Assembly: GCA_965220965.1 (NCBI GenBank)
Contig: OZ244852.1
Location: 2,779,472-2,843,471, forward strand
DNA from: Candidatus Marinacidobacterium sp.
Lineage (GTDB): Bacteria; Acidobacteriota; Vicinamibacteria; Marinacidobacterales; Marinacidobacteraceae
DNA length: 64,000 nucleotides
Reading direction: 5' to 3'
In this document: positions 17,448 through 25,789 of the stretch, in pieces
How positions within the stretch are numbered: position 1 is the first letter of the stretch
How the letters are laid out: every line of letters begins with the position of its first letter
The notes under the pieces: generated by a model
Databases searched by the model: none
What the model was told of the DNA's origin: nothing
What the model saw: the letters and a program-made list of their open reading frames with translations, nothing else
Made by a program: the position numbers and the translations under genes

Positions 17448-18622
17448 ACGGCGGGGAGCCGCCGCAACCGTTCGACAGCCTCCTCGAGCGTCTTCCGGGT
17501 CTTGCAGAAGGTGAAGCGGAGCCGCTGCGCGCCGGCCGCCGGGTCGGCGTAGAAGCTGGATCCCGGCACCGCCGCGACGCCCACCGTCTCGACCAGGTGG
17601 CGCGCGAAGTCGGTGTCCGAGCTCCACCCGAACCCCGAGATGTCGGTCATCACGTAGTAGGCCCCCGCCGGCGGAAAGCACCGGAACCCCGCCTCGGTCA
17701 GCCCGGCGATGAGGAGATCCCGCCGCTCCTGGTAGCCGCTCCGCAGACTCTCGTAGTAGGAGTCCGGCAGCCGGAGCGCGGCGGCGCCGGCCTCCTGGAG
17801 CGGGGCCGCCGCCCCGACGGTGAGGAAGTCGTGGACCTTGCGGATCGCGCCGGTGATCGCTTCCGAAGCCATCGTCCACCCCACCCGCCAGCCGGTCACC
17901 GAGTAGGACTTGGAGAGGCCGCTGATCGTGACCGTCCGGTCCTCCATCCCCGGAAGCGAGGCGATGGGAAGGTGGACGGCCCCGTCGTAGGTGATGTATT
18001 CGTAGATCTCGTCGGTGAACACCAGCAGGTCGCGCTCCACCGCGAGCGCGGCGATCTGCTCCAGCTCGGACCGGGAGAACACCTTGCCGCTCGGGTTCTG
18101 CGGCGTGTTCACGATGATCGCCCGGGTCCGGGGACCGATCGCCGCCCGCAACTCGTCGAGGTCGAGCGAGCCGTCGGGCTCGTGGAGCCGGACGTAGCGC
18201 GGCGCGGCGCCCGAGAGCACGGTGTCCGGGCCGTAGTTCTCGTAGAACGGCTCGAAGACGATGACTTCCTCGCCCGGGTCCACGAGCGCCAGCATCGTCG
18301 CGATCATGGCTTCGGTCGAGCCGCAGGTCACCGTGATGTGCCGCTCGGGATCGAAGTCGAGGCCGTAGACCTGCCGGTAGCGGTCGGCCAGCGCCTCGCG
18401 AAGCGGTTTCGCTCCCCAGGTGATCGCGTACTGGTTGATGTCCTTGCGGATGGCCCGGACCGCGGCCTCCTTGATTTCGGGGGGCGCCGGAAAGTCCGGC
18501 ATCCCCTGCGCCAGGTTGACCCCGCCGCGCCGCATCGAGAGCCGGGTCATCTCGCGGATGACCGACTCGGTGAACTGCCGGGCCTTCGCGCTCGCCGGCT
18601 GACGCGCCGCGAGCGGGCTCAC
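17441..18622 (-). CDS. Pyridoxal-phosphate-dependent aminotransferase, class I/II
   Basis: Its GTG start overlaps the Slt stop (GTGA). The sequence ARQFTESVIREMTRL...NLAQGMPDF...SGLSKSYSVTGWRVGW (the PLP lysine region) is typical of Asp/Met/kynurenine aminotransferases. Confidence 0.85.
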   Translation of the reverse strand: MSPLAARQPASAKARQFTESVIREMTRLSMRRGGVNLAQGMPDFPAPPEIKEAAVRAIRKDINQYAITWGAKPLREALADRYRQVYGLDFDPERHITVTCGSTEAMIATMLALVDPGEEVIVFEPFYENYGPDTVLSGAAPRYVRLHEPDGSLDLDELRAAIGPRTRAIIVNTPQNPSGKVFSRSELEQIAALAVERDLLVFTDEIYEYITYDGAVHLPIASLPGMEDRTVTISGLSKSYSVTGWRVGWTMASEAITGAIRKVHDFLTVGAAAPLQEAGAAALRLPDSYYESLRSGYQERRDLLIAGLTEAGFRCFPPAGAYYVMTDISGFGWSSDTDFARHLVETVGVAAVPGSSFYADPAAGAQRLRFTFCKTRKTLEEAVERLRRLPAVC

Positions 18623-20865
18623 GGAGAGTCCGGTTCGCCGAGCTCCGGATAGAGCCGGCGGTAGAGCATCTCGTTCCGCATCACCAGCTTCACGTAGTTC
18701 CGGGTTTCGGTGAAGGGGATCTCCTCGATGAAGAGTTCTTCGGGGACGGTGTAGTCCCGCCCGGTCCAGGCGCGCACCCGGTGCGGACCGGCGTTGTAGC
18801 CGGCGAGCGCCAGTTCCGGCCGGTCGGCGAACTCGTCGAGCAGCTCGCGCAGGTAGCGGGTTCCGAACCGGATGCTCACTGCCGGGTCGTAGAGGCGCGA
18901 GGTGCGGAACGTGATGCCCTCGGCGCGGGCCAGCGCCCGCCCGGTCGCGGGCATGACCTGCATGAGGCCGCGCGCCCCGACGCTGGACCGGGTCCGGGGC
19001 ACGAACGCCGACTCCTGCCGGATCAGCCCGGCCACCAGCGGGGGGTCCAGGTTCCAGCGCTCCGACCGGGTCCGGAGTTCCTCTTCGAACCGAAGCGGGT
19101 ACTGGAGCCGGCGCCACTCGGCGGGGAGGGCTTCGCCGGCCGCCGAGGTGTGGAAGGGGGCGGCCCGACGGAGCGCCTGGATCGCGGGGACCATCTCCTC
19201 ATCGTCGGAAAGCAGCCAGCCGTGGACCGCGTGGAAGGCGGGGTCGTCCGGGAGTCCGGCGCGCGCCGCGCGGGACGCCGCCGCCTGGGCGCGGTCATTC
19301 AGTCCGGCGGCGTGGAGCTCCTCGATGCGGGCGATCGCGGTCGCGCGTTCGATCCGGAAGCGCTCCATCAGGAGTTCCGGCTCGCGAAGCGGGCTCTCCA
19401 GCGCGGAAGGCGGCCCGATCTCGGCGAGCCGCTCGGCGGCGCGCCGCCCGTAGAACGAGTTCTGGTAGCCGAGGAAGATCTCCCGGTAGAGACCGGCGGC
19501 CCCCTCCCGGTCTCCGGTCCGCTCCCGGACCCGGGCGGCGAAGTAAAGGAACTGGCCCGCCATGAAGGCGCCCGGGTTTTCGCGGGCGGTCTGTTCCAGC
19601 TCGGCCCCCAGCCCGTCGAAGTCCTCGTTCCGATAGCGGTCCCAGAGGACGTGCCAGTTCGCGAACAGGACGTGAGGGCCTCGCCGGTAGGCGTCGGCGA
19701 GCCGCTGGAGGAACGGCAGCGCCTCCTCGCGGTCGTTGTCGGCGAGGCGGCTCCGCGCCAGGCTGTAGAGCGCGCGCTGTCCGAAGGGGTGGTCCGCCTC
19801 GAGCGCGAGGAGCTCCTCGAGGATCCGCGTCTGGGTCGTGATCCGCTCCAGCCGCCGCAGCGACTCGCCCCGGTAGTAGAGCGCCTCGGGCCGCAGGTCC
19901 TCGCGCTGGATCCGCCCCAGCGTCCGGAGCGACGCGCTCAGGCGTCCCCGGTGGAACTCAGAGACGCCGATCCGCAGGCGCACCGCGTCGCGATCCACCG
20001 CCGCGCCGAAGCGGCGCAGCGCCTCGAGGTAATTCTCGTGCGCCTTCCGGTGGTTCCCGGCCCGCGCGAACCCATCCGCCCGCTCGAGCGCCCGCGGCCC
20101 TCGCTCGGCCGCGGGCGGCGTCTTCACGTCGGACCGCCGGTAGAGCCGCGACAGCCGCCGGCCGGCGTCGAGCGAGTCGTCGTGGGTCGGCATCCGGTAG
20201 TAGAGCGTCTCCAGCCGGCGCGCCGCCTCCTCGCGCCGTCCGAGCCGCTCCAGCAGGCCGGCCGCCGCGACGAGCGTCTCGCCCCGCAGCCCGAAGCCGG
20301 CCCCCGAGCCGTCGGCCAGCACCGCGTCGAAGTGCGCGAGCGCCTCGTCGCGATGCTCCCCCTGACGGCCCAGCCGCAACCCCAGATCCCGGTGCGCCTC
20401 GGCCCGCCGCGAGTACCCGGGAAAGTCCGCGAGCAAGCGCTCCAGCGTCCCGATCGCCTCGGTGTCGAGCGCCCGGGGAAGGCTCGCCCCCAGCAGATGC
20501 AGCGCATCCGCGGTGAGCGCGCTGCCGGCGAAGACCTCCGCGGTCAGCCGCGCCCGCGCTTCGGTCCACCGACCCCGCTCGAGGGCGTCCACCCCGAGAC
20601 GGAAGGAGGCCGCGGCGCGCGCCCGGTCGGAGCGCTCCGGATCGTCCGCGACCGCCTCGAGCGCCTCGGCTCGGGCGGCGCGATCCTCAAGAGCGGCGGC
20701 CCGCACTGCGGCGAGGTCCGGAGCGGGGGAGGCGAGCCCGCTCCAGGGGAGGGGCGGCGGCTCGGGCGCCCGCGCTCCGCCCCCGAACGACCCGGAGGCC
20801 GGCCGGAAGGCGAGGGTCAGGAGCCCGGCCCCCAGCAGAAGGGCGGCCCGAGAGATCCGTGGCAT
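18619..20865 (-). CDS. slt: Soluble lytic murein transglycosylase (Slt family)
   Basis: It has a signal peptide, a long superhelical TPR-like N-terminal domain and a C-terminal SLT catalytic domain (ESAFVPRTRSSVGARGLMQVMPAT...AGYNAGP). Confidence 0.85.
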   Translation of the reverse strand: MPRISRAALLLGAGLLTLAFRPASGSFGGGARAPEPPPLPWSGLASPAPDLAAVRAAALEDRAARAEALEAVADDPERSDRARAAASFRLGVDALERGRWTEARARLTAEVFAGSALTADALHLLGASLPRALDTEAIGTLERLLADFPGYSRRAEAHRDLGLRLGRQGEHRDEALAHFDAVLADGSGAGFGLRGETLVAAAGLLERLGRREEAARRLETLYYRMPTHDDSLDAGRRLSRLYRRSDVKTPPAAERGPRALERADGFARAGNHRKAHENYLEALRRFGAAVDRDAVRLRIGVSEFHRGRLSASLRTLGRIQREDLRPEALYYRGESLRRLERITTQTRILEELLALEADHPFGQRALYSLARSRLADNDREEALPFLQRLADAYRRGPHVLFANWHVLWDRYRNEDFDGLGAELEQTARENPGAFMAGQFLYFAARVRERTGDREGAAGLYREIFLGYQNSFYGRRAAERLAEIGPPSALESPLREPELLMERFRIERATAIARIEELHAAGLNDRAQAAASRAARAGLPDDPAFHAVHGWLLSDDEEMVPAIQALRRAAPFHTSAAGEALPAEWRRLQYPLRFEEELRTRSERWNLDPPLVAGLIRQESAFVPRTRSSVGARGLMQVMPATGRALARAEGITFRTSRLYDPAVSIRFGTRYLRELLDEFADRPELALAGYNAGPHRVRAWTGRDYTVPEELFIEEIPFTETRNYVKLVMRNEMLYRRLYPELGEPDSP

Positions 20866-20954
20866 CGGGTTACAATGCTAAAGCCTGTGCGCCCGCCGTG
20901 ATCGAACGGCCGCTCCAGTAGCGTAGTCGCGCACGAGGTCAATCACTTACAGGA

Positions 20955-21326
20955 GGGGGCGTACTGGGTTCGACGAAGGTACAGGAAGCAGCGACTGCAT
21001 GCCGGGGGTCCACCTTCCGCAAACGGTGGAACAAACACAAACGCCAACGATCATCAGCTGGCTCTGGCTGCTTAAGCCACGTCCTTCCCGACCGTGCCTG
21101 CCGGGACGGGAAAGGACGACGACCAGGCGGGCTCGACTGACGGCTCTCCCGAGCCGTCCGTGACACCCAGGGATAGCCGCCGCCCCCCGATTCGCCGGGT
21201 TGATGCGGGGTGGTGGCGAACGTGGCCGGGCGCCTCGGCGCGCCGGCCGAATACAACCCGGCTAAGCATGTAGAGGTCTCTGTGGAAGGCTTTCGGACGC
21301 GGGTTCGATTCCCGCCGCCTCCACCA
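20955..21326 (+). ncRNA. ssrA: tmRNA (transfer-messenger RNA)
   Basis: The 5' GGGGGCGUACUGGGUUCGACG pairs with the 3' ...GGACGCGGGUUCGAUUCCCGCCGCCUCCACCA, giving a tRNA-Ala-like acceptor and T-arm with an encoded CCA. The internal tag reading frame GCC AAC GAT CAT CAG CTG GCT CTG GCT GCT TAA gives ANDHQLALAA*. Confidence 0.92.
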
Positions 21327-21388
21327 GTTCCCCCGCGAGTTCTCGCGGCCCGGACCCCTTTCCGAGGCTCTTCCGGCCGGAATCTCCT

Positions 21389-22282
21389 GTGACTTTCGGG
21401 CGTTCGCTCGGCCGCGGCGCCAAGCAGGCTCTTGCCGGCGCGGCGCTGAACAGATTCCTGCTGCAGAAATACGGGCGAACCTGGGACGATGCTCCGATAC
21501 CGGGGGTTGGCCTCAAGGATCTGGATGGCCGCGCCTTCGAGGAGTTTCGCCAGCGCGGCGCGAAGAGTCAGCGACTGCCGACGGACATTCTGAGCGAGCC
21601 CGACGATGGGGTCATCGAGAGGCTCCAGTTGCGCGAGGCTGCGCTCCTGAAGCGGGCCGCAGTGCTGCTCTTTCATCCCGCGCCGCATCGGGTCGTGATG
21701 GAGGCCTGCGTCAAGATCGGCTATTTCCGTGGATCCGAGTTGCTGTTTCAGGACGTGGTCGAAGGCGACCTGTTCACGCAGGTCGACCGGGCCATGGACC
21801 TGCTGTTCACGAAGTACACGCGAGCGCTGGTTTCGTACGACGGCGTGTACCGCGTCGAGAATGTACCGGTGCCGCGCGCCGCCATGCGCGAGGCGATCAT
21901 CAATGCGGTCATTCATCGGGATTACGCCAGCGCAACCACGATTCAGATCCGCGTCCACGACGACCGGATCGCCATCTGGAATGCTGTGCAGTTGCCCTCC
22001 GACTGGATTGCGGATCAGCGCGCCGGGAAACTGTCGTCAAGGCCCCACAACCCCCGGATCGCCTACGCCTTTTTCCGGGCCGGGATGATCGAAGCGTGGG
22101 GACGTGGCGTCCAGCGCATCGCGGACCTGTGTCTGGAGGCTGGCAACCCGCGGCCAGAGTGGGAGCTCCAGTCCGGTGGCGACGGACTCTGGCTGCGATT
22201 TCCGTTTTCGGCGACCTACCGGTCCGCCGATCCGGCGGCGCATGGCGCGGAGGACAGCGGCGGCGCGCCGGTTCCGAACTAG
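21389..22282 (+). CDS. AlbA_2/HATPase_c_4 family protein (putative RecG-like ATPase/regulator), N-terminally truncated paralogue
   Basis: It aligns to the middle and C-terminal part of the full-length paralogue at 47178..48608 (…REAVANAICHRDY… vs …REAIINAVIHRDY…). The N-terminal AlbA_2 domain is missing. It lies directly downstream of ssrA, and it may be a pseudogene remnant. Confidence 0.6.
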   Translation: MTFGRSLGRGAKQALAGAALNRFLLQKYGRTWDDAPIPGVGLKDLDGRAFEEFRQRGAKSQRLPTDILSEPDDGVIERLQLREAALLKRAAVLLFHPAPHRVVMEACVKIGYFRGSELLFQDVVEGDLFTQVDRAMDLLFTKYTRALVSYDGVYRVENVPVPRAAMREAIINAVIHRDYASATTIQIRVHDDRIAIWNAVQLPSDWIADQRAGKLSSRPHNPRIAYAFFRAGMIEAWGRGVQRIADLCLEAGNPRPEWELQSGGDGLWLRFPFSATYRSADPAAHGAEDSGGAPVPN

Positions 22283-22336
22283 AGATCCACGAACGGCAGC
22301 GCGCTGACGCCCTCGCCGAGCGTCTCAGGTCGATTC

Positions 22337-22355
22337 TGTGCATTTGGATTGCACA
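22337..22355. promoter_or_regulatory. Inverted repeat TGTGCA-N7-TGCACA in a 620-bp non-coding region upstream of the multicopper oxidase
   Basis: A perfect 6-bp inverted repeat is seen in the sequence. Any function as an operator is speculation. Confidence 0.2.
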
Positions 22356-22905
22356 ATTTCCACTTGCGGCAGGTCGGACGGCGCCGAACCCGCCTGGAGC
22401 CCCCGCGGGGCCCCGGACGCCGATCCCCGACCGAGGATCAGCGGCGGAGAACCGCCAGCGGACTACCCGGAGCGCCAGTTCTGCAGCGCCGCGTCCAGCC
22501 CCTCGACCAGCGGCTGGATGTCGCTGTCTTCGCGCTCGAACTCCAGTCGGCCGACCAGGCGACAGATCTCCGATGGCTCCCGGCCGACCCCCTGCGACAA
22601 GGCAGGCAGCTCCTCCCGCTCCGTCCGGCGCCGGCCTCGGGGGGCTGGTAGACTGCGGAACCGGTGGCGACCGATCGTCTGGACGGAACCCGGGTTCTTA
22701 CCCGTTCCTCCAACCCTCCCTGTGTTCCGCGGCTTGCCCCCCCGCGCCACCGTCACGAGGCCGCCGCCGTCCTCGCCGCTGAGGACAACAGCGACGCCCG
22801 GAGGCCAGCCGGCCTCGACGGCGTCCTGATCCCACCCCCTTTCCTACGCCCTTCCTGACCGGCGTTCCGCAGGTCAATTCCTTTTCAATACGGGAGATCG
22901 TCCCC

Positions 22906-24105
22906 ATGAAGAACAACCGCAGAAGCTTCTTCGGGTCCCTGGCGGGGCTCGGAGCGGCGGCGGCGGCGCCTCGCTCGCTGTTCGCCCAGTCCGGCGGAGG
23001 GGGCAGCGAACCCGTCCCCGTCGTCCACCCCGACCTGAACACGCTCAAGCCGCGGCGGGTCAACGAAGACGGGGTCAACAAGGAGTTCCACATCATCTGC
23101 GAGCCGGTCAAGCGCGAATTCGTGCCCGGCCGCACGATCGACTGCTGGGGCTTCAACGGGACCTGCCCCGGTCCGACGATCGAGGTCACCCAGGGAGACC
23201 GGGTGCGGCTCGTCGTCGAAAACCGGCTGCCGGAAGCCTTCTCGATGCACTGGCACGGCTTCGAGATCCCGATCGACATGGACGGCGTGCCCGGAGTCAC
23301 CCAGGACCCGATCCCGCCGGGCGGGACGTTCGTCTACGAGTTCGACCTCCATCAGCACGGCACGTTCTTCTACCACTCCCACTTCCCGATGCAGGAGCTG
23401 ATGGGCATGATCGGCCTGTTCATCATGCATCCCAAGGAGGCCTACCGGCCGACCGTGGACCGGGACTACGGGATGATCCTCCAGACGTGGGACCTCAAGC
23501 CGAACGCCACGATCCCGGCCACCCTCGGGATGAACTTCAACTGGCTCACGATCAACGGGCGGGCCGGACCGCATACGACCCCGCTGCTCGCCAAGCTGGG
23601 TGAGCGCGTGCGGTTGCGGATGGTCAACCTCAGCTCGATGCACCATCCGATCCACCTCCACGGCTTCACCTTCCAGACGGTGGGCACCGAGGGTGGACGG
23701 ATGCCGGAGTCCACCTGGGAACCGGGCAACACCGTCCTCGTGGGCGTCGCGCAGGCGCGGGACGTCGAGTTCAAGGCGGAGTACCCCGGCGACTGGATGA
23801 TCCACTGCCACCTGCCGCACCACATGATGAACCAGATGGTCGCGCTCGTGGGGCCGCGTCACATGGCCCACATGGAGCACGGTGGCGGCCAGATGGATGC
23901 CGCTGCGGCCATGGAGGTGCCCGGGTTCCGTCAGGACATGTTCATGCCCATGGACGAAGCGGTTGCGAAGCCCGAGACCCGCGGCATGCGGCCGACCTGG
24001 TCGGCGGGCATCATGGGCATGATGAGCGTGGTTCGGGTTCTGGACGAGGCGACCTTCGACTCGATCCAGGCCGAGATCGCCGCCGGCGGCGGAGGAGACG
24101 CGTGA
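22906..24105 (+). CDS. Multicopper oxidase (CopA/CueO-like), Tat-secreted
   Basis: It has a Tat motif (NRRSFFGSLAGLGAAAAAP). Copper ligand motifs HWHG, HSH, HPIHLHG and HCHLPHHMMNQM are present, and there is a Met-rich C-terminal segment (MAHMEHGGGQMD...MFMPMD). An RBS gggaga precedes the start. Confidence 0.9.
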   Translation: MKNNRRSFFGSLAGLGAAAAAPRSLFAQSGGGGSEPVPVVHPDLNTLKPRRVNEDGVNKEFHIICEPVKREFVPGRTIDCWGFNGTCPGPTIEVTQGDRVRLVVENRLPEAFSMHWHGFEIPIDMDGVPGVTQDPIPPGGTFVYEFDLHQHGTFFYHSHFPMQELMGMIGLFIMHPKEAYRPTVDRDYGMILQTWDLKPNATIPATLGMNFNWLTINGRAGPHTTPLLAKLGERVRLRMVNLSSMHHPIHLHGFTFQTVGTEGGRMPESTWEPGNTVLVGVAQARDVEFKAEYPGDWMIHCHLPHHMMNQMVALVGPRHMAHMEHGGGQMDAAAAMEVPGFRQDMFMPMDEAVAKPETRGMRPTWSAGIMGMMSVVRVLDEATFDSIQAEIAAGGGGDA

Positions 24106-25421
24106 TGGTTCGCCTTCCAATGACCCTGGGAGCCGCCGCGCTGGCGGTCGGGCTGGCCGCGCCCGCGGCGCTCGCCCAGGAAATGACCCTCGAAGACCTC
24201 CAGCGGATCGCGCTGGAGCGCAACCCGACCCTCGTCCAGGTCGATGGGCGGCTGCGCGCCGCGATGGCCGACTCGGACCAGGCCGGACTCTGGCCCAACG
24301 TCCACGTCGCCTACGCAACGGAGACGGTGAACGGCCACGAGTCCCACGGCGTCTTCTTCCGGCAGACGCTTCCCATCAGCGGCATCATCGGAGCTTCCCG
24401 CAGGGTGCACGACCGCGACGCCGATCTCGCCCGGGCCCTCGTCCAGGAGCAGCAGATGAAGGTGGCGACTTCGGTCCGGCTGCTCTATCGCGAGGCGCTC
24501 ATGGCCGAGCACCACATTGCGCTCCAGGAAGAAGTCGTCGAGCATCTCGAGGAAGTCCTGGTGACGATCAAGCAGCTCATGAACGTCGGGCTCGAGGACC
24601 CGACCGATGTGCTCGAGACCGAGATCAAGATCCAGCATGCGCGCCTCGACCTCAGCGAGGAGCGCCTCGAGCAGCGGCACATCTGGACCGAGCTGGCGCA
24701 GATGGTGGGCGACCCCTCGCTCACGATGCAGCCGCTGGCGGGGGACGCGCTCGAGCTGCCGCCCGAGCTCGATTACGACACGGAGCTCGACCGGATGCTG
24801 ACGAACAGTCCGGAACTCGAGAAGGTGCGGATGGACATCGCGCGTGGCGAGGCCGCCGTCGGGTTCGAGCGCACCGAGACGCGGCCCGACCTCGGAGTCA
24901 CGCTCGGTCGCCGCTACAACCGCGGACTCATCGGGTTCGGTCACGAAACCGAGGTTCTTCCGTCCTGGGAGCTGGCGCTGGAGCTTGATCTTTCCGCACC
25001 GATCTGGAACCGGAACCAGCACGGGATCCGGGCCGCCGAAGAAGATGTTCGCATGGCGCGGGCGGATCTCGACCGCGAAATCCTCCACCTTCGGTCCAAG
25101 TTCGCGGACGAGTTCCACGAGTACCAGATCGAACGGGATGAGGCCCGGGTCTACCGCGAGGAGATCCTGCCCCGGGCCGAGCAGGTCCACGAACTGGCGC
25201 TCGGTCGGTACATGGATTTCGGCGAGGACTACGGCGAAGTGCTCGAGGCGAAGGGGCACATCCTCGAGGTGCGCGGCGAGATCCTCCATTCGCTGTCCGA
25301 GGCCTGGCATCACACCGTGATGATTGAGGGGATGCTGCTCCACGGCGGCCTCCTGGTTCCGGAGTTCGAGATCCTCGAGAACACCGGGATGGGCAGCGCC
25401 GACACGCCGTACACCAGGTAG
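24102..25421 (+). CDS. TolC-like outer-membrane efflux protein (OMF family)
   Basis: Its start overlaps the multicopper oxidase stop (ATGA). It has a signal peptide and the two coiled-coil/beta-barrel repeats typical of CusC/TolC. Confidence 0.82.
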   Translation: MMVRLPMTLGAAALAVGLAAPAALAQEMTLEDLQRIALERNPTLVQVDGRLRAAMADSDQAGLWPNVHVAYATETVNGHESHGVFFRQTLPISGIIGASRRVHDRDADLARALVQEQQMKVATSVRLLYREALMAEHHIALQEEVVEHLEEVLVTIKQLMNVGLEDPTDVLETEIKIQHARLDLSEERLEQRHIWTELAQMVGDPSLTMQPLAGDALELPPELDYDTELDRMLTNSPELEKVRMDIARGEAAVGFERTETRPDLGVTLGRRYNRGLIGFGHETEVLPSWELALELDLSAPIWNRNQHGIRAAEEDVRMARADLDREILHLRSKFADEFHEYQIERDEARVYREEILPRAEQVHELALGRYMDFGEDYGEVLEAKGHILEVRGEILHSLSEAWHHTVMIEGMLLHGGLLVPEFEILENTGMGSADTPYTR

Positions 25422-25548
25422 TAGCCCGACTGTCGGGGGCGCGGGCTCGCTCGCCCGCGCTCCCCCGTTACCTTCTCAATCCGGGGTGCGGGGCCGAAAC
25501 CTTCGGCCCCCGGGCCGGCTGGCGTTTGCCACGCCCCCGCGCTGATCC

Positions 25549-25737
25549 CTTAACAGTCTGTTGATGAAGTCCCGTGCAGCGCCGAGAGCGGTGAGGCGCC
25601 CGGCCGGCAAGGCGCGTGAGCGAGGAATATCGGCAATATTCCGAGCGAAACGGAACGATGAGCGCCCCACAGGGGCGCGGTTCGGCCGGGATGGATCGCC
25701 GCTCGAACGCCGCGTGACTTTGTCAACAGGCTGTTAG
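25549..25737 (-). repeat. ~190 bp MITE-like element, copy 1 (inverted relative to copy 2)
   Basis: It is ~90% identical to the reverse complement of 48593..48782. Its termini form an imperfect 22-bp inverted repeat (CTTAACAGTCTGTTGATGAAGTC ... GACTTTGTCAACAGGCTGTTAG). It has internal hairpins GGAATATCGGCAATATTCC and GCGCCCCACAGGGGCGC. Confidence 0.6.
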
Positions 25738-25789
25738 CATGCGGCAAGCCGCGTCCGACGCGGCTCACCAGCGAAGAAGGAGGTGGCGT

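Noticed and set aside
18781-20901. 706-aa ORF on the + strand opposite the Slt gene
   Set aside because: Its composition is dominated by R/G/P/E with no domain pattern. Slt on the minus strand has a clear catalytic signature.
20939-21958. 339-aa minus-strand ORF and small ORFs overlapping 20955..21326
   Set aside because: The region is the tmRNA gene, which has a clear acceptor/T-arm and tag ORF. Protein ORFs here are spurious.
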